This document shows, one piece after another, positions 1-12,430 of a stretch of DNA of 64,000 nt. This stretch comes from Sphaerodactylus townsendi (Eukaryota), in NCBI RefSeq assembly GCF_021028975.2, contig NC_059429.1:62558001-62622000 (forward strand), written 5' to 3'. A program made the translations under genes and the position numbers. Within the stretch, counting starts at the first letter, position 1, and every line of letters starts with the position of its first letter. The notes beneath the pieces are model-generated. The model did not search any database, had not been told where the DNA came from, and saw only the letters and a list, made by a program, of their open reading frames with translations.

Positions 1-55
1 AAGGAGACAAAGCAGACTGTGCCATGAGATGGCAATGGAAGAATTTTGGGGGGGG

Positions 56-205
56 GGGTGCCATCAAGTCACAGCTGACTTATGGTGACTCTGCAGGGTT
101 TTCAAGGCAAGAGACATTCAGAGGTGGTTCATCATTGACTGCCTCTGTGTCACATCCCATATATTCCTTCTTGCCTCCAATCCAAATATTTGCCAAGGTT
201 GAGGG
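56..205 (-). mobile_element. 5S-Sauria-like SINE fragment (3' part)
   Basis: Reverse complement of the cttgaaaa-ccc-agggttaccataagtcagctgtg body seen at 24070-24110. Confidence 0.5.
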
Positions 206-1944
206 TGAGAATGTGCAACTGGATCAAAGTCACCCTGCAAATTTCTGCAGCTGTGCCCCAGCTATAATGTCACAATGATCTGTATTGAATGGACAGACAT
301 TAGGTTGGAGTATTTCTACAGACAGAAGGGTTTCCACCCATGGAACACAACTTTCTCATCCCCACCCCCACCCCCACCCCCCTGCTGAAGCCAAAACTTC
401 TCCCAAAATGCTGTTCTTTGGGGACCCAGGTCTGCTCTGTAGGTAGTTATCCTTCTATCCACAGAAATGCTGCAATGAATCAAACAGTACATATTTCATG
501 ATACGTGTCCCCTTCCCTACCCACACTGTCCTTTAGCACAAAAGAGGCCATATCCCAGAAGAATGCCAAATTTGTTACATATAGAGAAACATATTACAGT
601 AACATTCACAGCAACATATTACAGTAATTAAGATCCGTAACATTGTTCAGTAATGCACGCCCATCATACCGTGTGAATGAAATAAGAAGGGAGATAAGAA
701 CTGCAATCTGAATTTCAAATAGCTATATCTCATATTTGAAAATGTACTCTCTTGCTTGTGATCTCATGTTTTAAGATAGGGGAGGTTATGTAGTTTCAGT
801 TTGCACAATTGTTTCAAATTTGAGTTATTTGCATTTTTTTCCTTTGGTTTTCTTTACTCTGCACAGAATTTTACCCACCTCCCACCCCTTTCCACCGGTC
901 CACTGGAGAACAAATTGCTGCCTTTGCTAAATGCTGGGTTATGGCCAGCTGGCTCAGAGATTCACTGCCCAGGGCATTCGGCAACATTCCCTTGGAGACT
1001 GCACGTTTCATTTCTCTAACACTGGACAGCCAGCAGGGGCTGAAGAATACAAGGTGAAAATCCAGAATTTAGGGTTTGGAAATTCTTTCTGAAAGCATAT
1101 TTGCTACACAAAACACTTGAACAATGCTCACAGGTCCGAGCCAGCAGTGTTGTGTGTTTTGGCTGTGTGTAGGCTTTTCCCATTATAGTCGAGGACTCAG
1201 TTGCAATACTGATTTTGGGGGTCTGATGCTTTACGTATGTGGCATAGTCTGCTTTAGAATCACAGCCAACATATACTGAAAACCCCTTGCTGGTCTGCCT
1301 TCCCCTAAGATTACACAGATTGGACTGCAGAAACACTTTGAGTCAGCATGCCTCTGTGGTCTCCACCCCAGGATGTTCTGCAGAGGACACGTACTATGCA
1401 AACTCTGGGCTGGAAACGTGCTTCAGGCTCTATTTGTGTAAACAAAGCTGGCAGTTTGGGTGGATATTGTACAGCAAAAGCAGCACTGTTTAATGCTTGC
1501 TGGTTGCTGGGAGGAGCTGGGAAACCAAGTCAGAACAAACACTTTTGCCTGAAGTTGCTTTTAAAAAACAAACTCAATACAAAGAGAAAGTACAGTGTAG
1601 TAACTAGTAAAAGCACAAAGAAAACTGGACCCACAAAATGGCTTAACAAGGTGTAAACAATTCAGTGAAGCATCTGTTACATAAAACCTTGATATGTATA
1701 TGGTTTTAACCATACCATTCTACAAAAGAAACTATTAAAAAATAAAAGGATCCTAAAGCATGTGTGCACAATGGAAACAATCCAAACATTAATACAAAAA
1801 TCTTCAGTATTAATCACAAACCATTAGGTATCACTGTAACACATTATAGGGTAAAGTTTCATGTCACAATTATACAGAAAAGAAAACAGTGTTTAAACAC
1901 AAAGAACACAAAAATGTATGAATGGACATTTCAGTTCCCAGTAC

Positions 1945-2003
1945 AAATCTATTCTTACAGGACCCTCCTGTTTCATATCTGTCTTCATCAGGGAAGATCA
2001 ATC
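1945..2003 (-). ncRNA. Degenerate type I hammerhead-ribozyme-like motif
   Basis: Minus strand reads GAUUGAUCUUCC-CUGAUGA-AGACAGAUAU-GAAA-CAGGA-GGG-UCCUG-UA^AGAAUAGAUUU. The core and stem III are intact; stems I and II are imperfect. Confidence 0.45.
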
Positions 2004-3028
2004 AAAATAAGGTTACATAATCATCTCTTGCATGAAAATAGGTTCATTAATCTTCACCAAAAAACGCTGTTCAGAATATGCATCCACTATCTTGCAATAC
2101 CATCAGGGATGCTGCAGTTCTAAATATAAGTAATACAGTATGGCACATAATTATAATTACTTACAAAAATATAAGTATATATATTTTTAAAAAGAATATA
2201 CAAAAAAATAATATTCTGTAGAAAAGAATATGCATAGTAACTATATAAATTTCATATTTCTCATGTGGGGATACACTGCCAGAAGTGACATAAAGCACGC
2301 TTGTGCTCATATGTATCCCAAAGAACCCAGTGAATACCTAAGTTTAAGTACATTCAAAGTAGGTTGTAGCACCAAATCACCACAGTTGATTCCAATAAAG
2401 AGTGAAAAAAGAGAATGTTGAAGCAACTTAAACTAACACTGAGAAGTTCCACAAGGAATTAAGACAAGCAGGTTCAAGACTATAAAGTTTATGTATGAAA
2501 AAAGCCTCCTGTTGGAGTAACCATTTTTGTAAGTTAATCTTACTATGCTTCACATCAGAATACTTAGTAAGTTCATAGTAACAAAGTTAAACAGGTTTGT
2601 GGTTCTTCTGAAGATAAAGTGTCAGCTTTGTGGAAATGGTATGAAGTTAATACTATATACATATCATGATTTTTTGTAACATATGCTTCACTAATTGTTT
2701 ATACCTTGTAACAGCCTTTTTGTGGGTATAATTTTCTTTGTTGCTTTAAAAAGCAAACTGGCAAGGAAGATCCCTTCCAACCTGAGTAATAATCTTTAGG
2801 ATATTTTAATATACATATTTACCCAAGCAATCCCTTAACTCTTATACACATTTGATCATTAAGGAGATAATTATATAAGACTGAGAGGACAAAAGTAGCT
2901 CAACAGATAAATAACTTCAGACCAAGTGTTAATCGCTCCAAACTGAAAGAAGCAATCTAATTCTTAAGAACATAGGAGTAGCAGTTCTGGATCAGACTAA
3001 TAGACCCAACATAACCAGCAGAAGATAC

Positions 3029-4300
3029 TGTGGTGGTACGGGCCGGCTTTGATGTGCAGGTTTTCTCAGGGGTTCCCAGCTCCTCTTGGAGGGGCTTTTC
3101 TCTTTCTCTAGGGTAACTGTTCCCACTACCTGACCATTTTAGGAACTGCCCACTTGGGGGGGGGGGGCATCCCCCTTGCTTACTTCCAACTCTAAGGCCT
3201 TACCTTGGTGTCTCCCCTTTCCCATTCCTGGGGACTGTGGGGAAGACTGACTGCCTAATGTGCCTCTGAAGGAATAGCTGTTTGCCAAGTGCCAGCCTGG
3301 CACCCCTTTTTTAAATTAGTGTGTCCAAGCTGGTGGAAGTTTATGTGGTACAGAGAACTGCTACCAGCATCCAAAGTTTAAAAGAATTTATTAAAAATAA
3401 AATGTTTACAAGCATACTTTTAGCACAGCCCAGATTTAGCAAAGGAATTCAAAACAAAGGATAGAAATGCAACTCCTCTGTCTGTCCCTCTAAACATGCC
3501 CTATTAGATGGTATCATCAGGTAGACTCTTAAGTTTAGGATGTTACAGCCAGCTACAGAATTTCCATTACCTGGAAGATTATACCCGCTCCCTAGGGCAG
3601 AACATGGCCAAAATGGCTGCCTCCGCCTGACCATATGGAAGAGCTCTATATTCCCGGCTCCAGCCAGAAGAAGAGAATGTTGCTCTCTGCTCCCAAGAGT
3701 GTTATCAATTCCCAGTGGTCCTCCCCCCCTCCCGGCTAGGCCTGTTCAGTCTGAGTCAAGGAAGCTTTTCCTCCTGTCACCTCCTGGAATCTTCTTCTGG
3801 ATGCCCTTCTATCCTTTTGAGACCCCAGAATCTGTGATACTTGCTTGGAGAAGGAGGGTGGAGGTTGACCCATTTAATTGCCTCTTGTTATCCTCATTTG
3901 CATTTCTAAAAAGGCGGCTGAGCAAGATTGGAAACCTCTTCCCAGAGGAAAAAAATGCTTAAGGACTGAATATAAGTGTAATAAAAAGTGTATTTCAATT
4001 AAATTGTGGCATAGAATGCTGTGCTACAAGAGTTTGTGCCAACACTCCTCCTGCCCATCTGCAGGTATCACCTTTTGTGATGGTCACATAAAGAACCAGA
4101 ACATAGGTATGGGGGCTGTTTGCACCCTTGGCCAGTTCGATCATCTTTCACTGTCCTGGATGGGGTTGAGAAGGCTCTGCCACAGACCTCAGAATGGGAA
4201 GCAGAGTGGGTTCCCAGACTGGAACTAGCCCCCACTAGAACTTTCTCTATGTTCTTCCTTCCTTCCTGGCTTGGGTTGAGGTTCCTTTTTTTTACAACCT
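3029..4300 (-). mobile_element. Probable LTR retrotransposon remnant (LTR about 3029-4044 plus short internal 3' part)
   Basis: On the minus strand a purine tract GGCAGGAGGAG precedes TG at 4044. The segment ends in CA at 3029 and has an internal AATAAA. It appears to interrupt a degraded CR1-like tail at about 2965-3020. No TSD found. Confidence 0.4.
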
Positions 4301-4475
4301 CTTAAACCCACCATTTCCTGGGCCCAATTTGTCTCTGATATTGCCTGCCCAACATGGAATTGCTATACTAAATGTAGCTGCTGATAACCATTGTAATGAT
4401 GTATTTGCTTCATAGGAAATAAGGATGAGATGTGTTTGTTAAATGCTGTCAAGTTGCTTAAACTATGCTAATTAT

Positions 4476-4674
4476 CTTGGGTGCTGTGTGGTTTCCGGGC
4501 TGTATGGCCGTGTTCTAGCAGCATTCTCTCCTGACGTTTTGCCTGCATCTGTGGCTGGCATCTTCACAGATGCAGGCGAAACGTCAGGAGAGAATGCTGC
4601 TAGAACACGGCCATACAGCTCGGAAACCACACAGCACCCAAGTGATTCCGGCCGTGAAAGCCTTCGACAATACA
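4476..4674. mobile_element. Penelope-like (Poseidon-type) inverted pseudo-LTR fold-back
   Basis: Near-perfect inverted repeat 4476-4642 plus a tail ending gaaagccttcgacaataca. Flanking duplication ATGCTAATTAT(C) at 4465 and 4676. Hammerhead-type GGCGAAACGTCAGG core. Confidence 0.8.
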
Positions 4675-5199
4675 GATGCTAATTATCCTTTTCTAGCACT
4701 GTGTCACTTAAAAAGTGATATTCAGTTTCTGTACTGTTGTGTCAGATGTATTACCAGTAAAAGTTTTTATTCATATTTCAGAGATTCCTAAAGGTTAGGG
4801 GAGTACATAAAGCAATGAGCATCTTTTCAAATAATTTTACATTACTCTGCTGAGGGGCATTTACATCTGACTTACAGAACAGCCCGTTTAGCAAGGGAAC
4901 AGATCGTATTGTCTCTGAGTTTACATGAACCACTGGTGGCAACCTCCCCCATCCATGCTTGCAAGAAACTAAAGTAACCCAGCAAATTATTTTGAATCCT
5001 TTCTTGTTAAGACCCTTTGAAAGAAACCCACTACTCGACCACTGCACTTTCACCCTGCTTTATGTTCTCTGAATTTCTTCTGACAGTTGACTTTTTCATT
5101 TGCCAGAACCACAACAAAGGAAAGCCTTGAGTTTCCATACAGGCCATTCCCCCACCCCCCTCTGTTTCACTCTCTGCACTGATCATCTCACAAAGATAT

Positions 5200-5530
5200 T
5201 ATTGTTTCTGGCTCAGTGCACCTGAAGCAGATCAAAGGCACTTTTTTAATGCCAGCCTGACCACACAGGTCTCTCTCCCACTGCATTAAATTAAGCCCAG
5301 TGATTCATCTCTATTGCCCTCTGGGTCTCTCGGTACAAAGAGAAGGAGAAATATATGTAGAGAGAGATTTCTAACAAAAACATGGAGGATAATAAACTTT
5401 CATTTTATGGCCCTAATTAAAAAAAGGTACAGTTAATTTCAACCAACTGCAGCTGCATATACATCTCATTAAAAAGGCACACACAATTGCTCCATGTCAT
5501 CGCCACAGTATAAACAGGTACAGATAAAAG
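5200..5530. promoter_or_regulatory. Candidate conserved developmental enhancer
   Basis: Repeat-free by eye. Contains AGATCAAAGG (TCF/LEF, 5229), TTTTATGGCC (posterior HOX/CDX, 5403), TAATTAA, an E-box CAGCTG and AGATAA. Conservation not verified. Confidence 0.35.
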
Positions 5531-5836
5531 AGTACTTCACTGAAGACCTTTCATACATTCAATTCAAACAGGTTTTGGCCAATGAAACATTATGGAATAA
5601 ACACTGAGCAGTTGTATTATAAAACTTCAGCATTGTGTTATCTATTAAAGTGCGGAAGAGCCTAGTCTTGAGTAGCAAGCTAACCATTAGCAGTGATTTT
5701 GTTGGATTATTTGTTCTGAGTAGTATTTCACACTGCCTTTGACACTCCCCTTCATAGACCAAAACTTAACAACAGCCACAACATCATTATATTGTTCTTA
5801 GAGAATGTCCATGTATATTATCTTATTTAATCCTTA

Positions 5837-6227
5837 AGAACATAAGAACAAGCCAGCTGGATTAGACCAGAGTCCATCTAGTCCATCCCTCTGCTACTCG
5901 CAGTGGCCCACCAGGTGCCTTGGGGAGCTCACATGCAAGATGTGAAAGCAATGGCCTTCTGCGGCTGTTGCTTCTGAGCACCTGGTCTGTTAAGGCATTT
6001 GCAATCTCAAATCAAAAAGGATCAAGATTGGTAGCCATAAATCGACTTCTCAATAAATCTGTCCAAGCCCCTTTTAAAGCTATCCAGGTTAGTGGCCATC
6101 ACCGCCTCCTGTGGCAGCATATTCCAAACACCAAACACACATTGCGTGAAGAAGTGTTTCCTTTTATTAGTCCTAATTCTTCCCCCCAGCATTTTCAATG
6201 AATGCCCCCTGGTTCTAGTATTGTGAG
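5837..6227 (-). mobile_element. CR1 LINE, 5'-truncated 3' end
   Basis: (TTCTTATG)n tail on the minus strand. TSD AATCCTTA at 5829-5836 and 6228-6235. Nearly identical to the 12440-12643 segment. Confidence 0.9.
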
Positions 6228-6419
6228 AATCCTTACGCTAGTGTAGGGTAGATCAGTATCTCCATATTGCATTTGTGAGTGCTGAGGATGAGAGAGGCTT
6301 GCCCAAATCCATCTGGGGATGCAGCACAAATATTCATACATGGGACTTTTATATCAGTCAGCTTCTATGATACACTAAATCTGTCTGTACGGAGTCTTGG
6401 CAGATGAGCTGAATCTGAG

Positions 6420-6595
6420 TCAGTGCAGTGGTTTATCAAGATTGGTTTTGTCTGCTCTGACTGGAAGTAACAATTTAGACGAGTCTCAGATCTTTCTGAT
6501 CTCAGGTACTTTCTGATCCAGCTGCTGAGGTTTGAACCAAAGATGTTCTGCCGGCAAATAAAATGCTTTACCTCTGAGCTACTGTCTCACCCCAT
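6420..6595 (-). mobile_element. Degraded tRNA-derived SINE
   Basis: Minus strand head gtagctcagaggtaaagcat...ggttcaaacctc carries A- and B-box-like motifs. Confidence 0.45.
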
Positions 6596-6744
6596 TAACT
6601 GTACCTGCAATTAACCATTAGGCAAACTATGATGTAAGAGTGTCAATGTATACATTGTACAAACCAAAGAATCACAGAGTTGGAAGAGACCACACAGGCC
6701 ATCAAGTCCAACCCCCTGTTGTAGAGAAATAGGAAAAGCTGACA

Positions 6745-6970
6745 GCCAAGGTGGTATATTGGTTAGAGTGTCGGACAATGATTTGGAAGACCCAAGTCCA
6801 AATCCTCACTCTGCCATGGAAGCTTCCGGGTGACCTTGGGTCAGTCACTCTGTCTCAGCCTAATCTACCTCACAAGGTGGATGAGAGGATAAAACGAGGG
6901 AAGAGCAAAAAGATGTAAGCTACTTTGGGTCCCCACTGGGGAGAGAGATGGGGTATAAATACAGTTAATT
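6745..6970 (+). mobile_element. tRNA-derived squamate SINE (Squam/MIR-like)
   Basis: tRNA-like head (ggtatattggttagagtgtcggac...aagtccaaatcctcactctgccatg), core ggtgaccttgggtcagtcactc and an AT-rich tail. Confidence 0.75.
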
Positions 6971-7056
6971 AGTAAAACTGAATATTGAGGTGGTTGTTTG
7001 ATGAGTGAAAAGGACAGAAGAAAACAACAAAAGGGGAAAGGATATAGGGATATACC

Positions 7057-7426
7057 ATGGTTGCTGTGAAAAAGGCAAACTCTATGCTGGGGATAATTAG
7101 GAAAGTAATTAAAACTGCAAAGATTGTCATGGCCTTATATAAAGCAGTGGTGCGACCGCACTTGGAGTACTGTGTTCAGTTCTGGTTGCCACATCTTAGA
7201 AGGGATATTAAAGAGATAGAAAAAGTGCAGAGAAGGGCAATGAGGATGATTGAGGGATTGGAGCACCTTCCTTATGAGGAGAGGCTGCAGCGTTCGGGAC
7301 TCTTTAGTTTGGAGAGAAGATGACTGAGGGGGGATATGATTGAAGTGTATAAAATTATTATGGAATAAACACTGAGCAGTTGTATTATAAAACTGTTAAC
7401 AGAGAAATTTTTCTCTTTTTCTCACA
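7057..7426 (+). mobile_element. CR1 LINE ORF2 C-terminal fragment
   Basis: KKANSMLGIIRK...VRPHLEYCVQFW.PHL...IEKVQRRA is the typical CR1 RT C-terminus. Confidence 0.92.
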
Positions 7427-8600
7427 TGGTACATATTCATGCTGACTCAGAACCGGTCTGTTCACTTGCATGGTTAGTTCTTTCATTCTTTGGTTCCATC
7501 CTTCTTGTTTTTGCTTAATTTTTCCAGCGCTACAATAACATAGTGATTAGAGACTAAAAGTGCAAAGACACTGGTTCAACCGCCCCTCAGCTATGAAGCT
7601 TTCTGGGATTTCATGGATCAGTTCTCTTAACAAGAGATTGTAGTGGTTAGAATGTCAGACTAGGATTTGAGTGACCTAAGTTTGAATGCCTTCTCTGCCC
7701 TGGAGGTTTGTAAAACAGTAACCTTTCCTGAGTCAGAGCTCCCTTATCAGATGCACAGGCATGTACATCCATCAGACTGGTTAGATATGCCAGCGAAAAC
7801 ACAGTCCTTCTCTGCAGAGACTGGTCTCATGAGGGGGGCACAATATTTGGGGGGGGGGAGCAATTTCAGTGCTTACCCTGGGTACCATTTTATATAGATA
7901 TGCCCCTGTGTACTTATAATGTCATACTCAACTTATAGTGATTCAGTCCACATTTAAGAGAGTTAACAAGTTTTAAATGAAGCAAAAATAGCAGAAGAGG
8001 ATAGTCATGGATATTGAATGCTTTCCGGCTTATACATTTTAAAAAGGTATAAATTTTAAAAAGAGACACTAAACTTTAATTGCAATCCCAGGAAAAAGCT
8101 TTCCCCCTAATTCAGTGAGAAAAATTAACAAAGTAAAAATTGCTGATCTGGGCTCTTTTGAAGCCACAACGCATCTCATAATTCCATAGTTCATTACAGT
8201 TCTCACAGCAGGATGGATTTATATTGATTGAGTGAGGAGGTGATCCAAGGGGCTCTTCTAAAGGCACTGAGTACTCAGTTATACATTAGCGACAAAGCTC
8301 AAAGCCGTAGTCTGACTCCAATTTCACACTGCCCAGTTGAAATCACAGTAGAATCATTTGCTTTTACGTTTTGTGCCATTCTTCCCAATATTGATTTCTG
8401 CAACTATTAAAGATGCTTCTTGATAGCAAATGCATGATGATATATCATTAATATCTCAAGGTAATGATAGAATTACCATCATAATATACAGAACAGACAC
8501 ATAGAGACAAAGGCAAGGAAATTAAAAGAGGAGCTTCAAAGGTCAATGTCTCATCAGTTATGTTTATATGACTAGCACCAGGATTCTTCCCCCAACTTAC

Positions 8601-8704
8601 CCCCATATGGCACGAAGATGTCCCACAAATGACAGCAATTCGAGAAGTAATTGGTTTGTTTTCACAGGGCAAGTTATATCCCTTCACACTGGCTCCAATC
8701 ATGC
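8601..8704 (-). CDS. FGGY: FGGY coding exon (about exon 8), [34 protein letters not shown]
   Basis: attAG|GC ATG ATT GGA...ATG GGG|GTaagt. Length 104 bp. Contains the CGTSSCHM motif. The next exon was not found in 1-8600, so it probably lies beyond the window. Confidence 0.96.
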
Positions 8705-11700
8705 CTAATATAAACAAATGAAACCTAATTTAGGACAATATTTCATGACATTATTGAAAAGGCTGCCAAACAGGGCTACAGATAAACTGATTTGTCTACT
8801 CACTACGTCTTGGCAAATATACTGTTAAAATATATTAATCCATCTGATACAATCCATCTAATCAAAACCAACACAATGGTTCACATCAAGGAGACAGGGC
8901 AGACCTAAATGTAACTGGAGCAGATCTGGTATCTTAAGATGCAGCTGTTAAGCAGCGGGTGAGTGCATACGTATGTGTACAATTTCAAGCTGAAAAGTGG
9001 CAAATTAGGAGGGGTGAGACACAGATCTGCCATCATGCTTAATTCTAACCATAGTCACAGGTTAAGGAAAATAAATCAAAGCATTAACTGGAAATTTTTG
9101 AACTTGCCTCTCCTTGCTTCTGAATGGACTCCCCAAAATATAACTACTGAGTGTATGTAAATCACGAAGAGTATATGAAATGTACTGAATTTCAATACTT
9201 ATATATGAATACTGCCTATCCAAGAGGAACTTTGTGAATCATCAAAACATCAGACACATACTATTAGCAAATGTCAGCGTTCACCAGCATGTAAATAACA
9301 AGTGCTTACTGATATTCAACAAACTTGTCTGGGGTTATCAACATTCACCAAATTTTGGACATATTTTACATAAAAACCTGCTTTTAACAGAGATGTACTG
9401 TGCTTCCTTCATTCCAGGAATTCAACTGTTCCCCAGACACAAATATAAATAAATCTACCTATAAAATGAATTTTCAATGTTTTATCCAGTTCAAAAGGAA
9501 TCAGTATCCTCCCAAATGTATATACTATTATTTTGTACATTTTTGCTTGTGTCTGTTATGGTGTGCAATAATCAGATCACATTACCCAAAGGTAACTCAT
9601 GGCTACTTTCCAGAGGTATTAGTGCTTGCTGTATTTGATACTGACAACTTTCACAGCATATCCCTTTCAAATCTGAATCCAGCTGAAAACAGGGATGACC
9701 TCTGCATTGTTTCTCTGCTACACAGCTTCACCAACAGTTCTCCCTTCTCCAAAGCAAAGCTTTATTGAAGTACCAAAACCTACAACTCGTATAATCTCCA
9801 TTTGAAATGGAGGAAGAAGGTATAATTATTTGACATGCCAGGTACAGTGTGGTTCCCAGCAGGCTTCTCCAGTTTTCAACGATTTCTCCTTGCCTTTTGT
9901 TACCCTTTCCCCCTCCACAGAATAACTGATGAGAAAAAGTGGTATCCATTTTCAATTTTAAGTGTTTTAGCTGAGTGCTAGAAAATAGAATTTTTCTGAG
10001 ACTAGTCAGGGTATATGGTGTATATCACTAGATCCTACTGAAGTTAGAATCCTATTATAAAAAAGGCTAGCCATGGTGGTAATGACTCACTTCCAGCCAA
10101 TCACCACACACACATGGCTTGGGGGCAGGACTTACACAGACTGGGTTAAAAACAACACAAACAGAACAATGGAATGTGGTGGTTACTCACTCTCTTGCAC
10201 ACTCACCCTTCTTCCCCACTGCTGAATAACTACAGTCATTGTACCATGGTAGCTGCCTGCACAGGACCAGGCACAGGTGTCAGCTGCTGCCTGTGGGAAG
10301 GTTGTGACTGCTGGTGACTCCAACTGTGCCAGTAACTGTTGTATGGTAATACAGGCATCCAGGAGGAGGAGGAGGGAGATGGTGACATGGAGCTTAGGGG
10401 GGAGAAAAGGTAGTAGGGGCTGCCCCATCAGTGGGCATCAGTAACCCTTGCATATCAGTACAGTCATCCAGTAAGAGGAGAAAGGCAAGGAGGAAGTTGG
10501 TGAAGCGGGGCCAAGTGGGGAAGGAAAGTCAGGAGGGGTGGCCCCTTTGGTGGATGCCCTGAGCCTACCAACAGTTTTTTAGAGCCTATTGTATTTGTTC
10601 ATACTTCACTGATGGTACAATTATATTAGACTCTGTATGAAAAACTATGCAGATAGTATGCGGATGCAACCTTGAAATGCAAGGACATAATCCAAAATCT
10701 TAATCAGCCATTTAACCAAAGATTATTCATTCTCAAAAAGTAAAAAGAGAAAAAAGTCACTTTCCATAAGTTTTACAGAACGTTTTCTCACAACTAACTC
10801 AAGTTAACTGTGCCAATTAAATGTTTCTCAGTATATTTTGGGCACTACTATTGTCCCACTGACAGACATGACATTTACATGCTTAGCTCCCAACAGCTTT
10901 TATAAAAGATAGCCTCTTCATGACTAGTGGATTACTCCAAGGGTGTATCAAGCTCACATGACAATTATTCATTTGTGACGAACAGAAACAATTAGGACTT
11001 CCTGCTACCAATTAAGATTTCTTACTTTGCCCTACGTATAGGCAAATATTCTACATTGTGTTAACAGTTTTGCACAGAGAAAGCCAGCAGGCAATTTCCG
11101 GTACAAAGCAGTGCTATAATTAGAAGTGAACAAAGTTGTTTAAGATACTTTCTGTACTTCAGAATGTTCATGTCAATTAAAGAAAGGATCACCAAAACTA
11201 GTACAAAACTGCATGAATCATATTGCTATTAATGAGTCACGCAGCAAAATCTGTTATTCATACAAAAATAAACATCAAGCAATATTTATGCCAACTTTCC
11301 AGTTTTTGCATCAGGTTTATTTAGAAAGCAAATCCCTTAATTTAAGTAATCAGAATAGAAGGTGAAAAGGAAGTCTATGTTTGCTATATCACTCAAATGT
11401 TGTGTTATTTCCTGCACAGCCATCTGAGATACATTGGCCTATCAGAGGCTATGGCTTCATTCAGACAACATGATTAGTTAGAATTTATTGTACAAACCAC
11501 AGTTTGTCTACAAGATGTGACAAACATCAGTTCATGTGCAAACACTGCTCAGTATAATACTTCTCTCACCTCTCTGGAAAGGGACTGCTGGTTTCTATGA
11601 TCATTTTAAAATGGACTATACAACTAAACAAGCTGTATATACCAGGAGAACAAGGAAAGCCAAAATAAACAAAATAGACATTTTTCCACCTACCCAAACT

Positions 11701-12430
11701 GTATGGATTCACAAATTTCATGAATGCTACAAAGCCACAGTGTTAACCATATTTTATAATGCCACAAGTTCTGGCCTACCTACTTTTTTTTAAAAAAGAG
11801 CTATTATCGTAGTCAAATTTATTTGTGAATTACATCCTTGAACTTAGTGGAAAGCTTCCAAGTAAAAATGTAAAGGATTAAAAAAGATCAGTTTTTTAAA
11901 ATTAATTTTTAGAAGAACATTTTCTATTTTTTTAAAAATGGGTTTTAAATAAGTTGCCAATAATTTGTTCCACGGGTTCCACCAAGATCAAGTCACAACT
12001 AACTTTAGCTGGATTGAGGCAAAGCTTTTAAGAAACGGTCTAGTTTAGAGATTGGTGAACTATGAAACCCAACAATATAGATTGGGTTTAGTTTCCATAA
12101 TCTGAAAACGGCCTATGCTACGTATGATTTCAGCTCTAGGTCTTTCAAGATGACCTATATAGATACATGTTTTTATGTTTGGAACTCACCATTTGCATGA
12201 TATAACAGATTGAGGAGACTGTGTTGCACAACTGTACTTTACACAGAGACAACATCATGGAGTAAGGAACATTTCATGAGGATCAATGAGAAGGGCAGTT
12301 TTTAGATTCATCTTCATTTCAATGAGATATCTATGTCATAATTGGATGAAAGAGTACAACTTAATTTTTTTTAAATATGAAGGTTGCTAATATATTTCAA
12401 GCAAAACAGATGGTGGATGGTTGGAGGAAT

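Noticed and set aside
2600-2645. Second hammerhead candidate CUGAAGA...GAAA on the plus strand
   Set aside because: Stem II is offset from GAAA by extra bases, and there is no stem III or stem I pairing.
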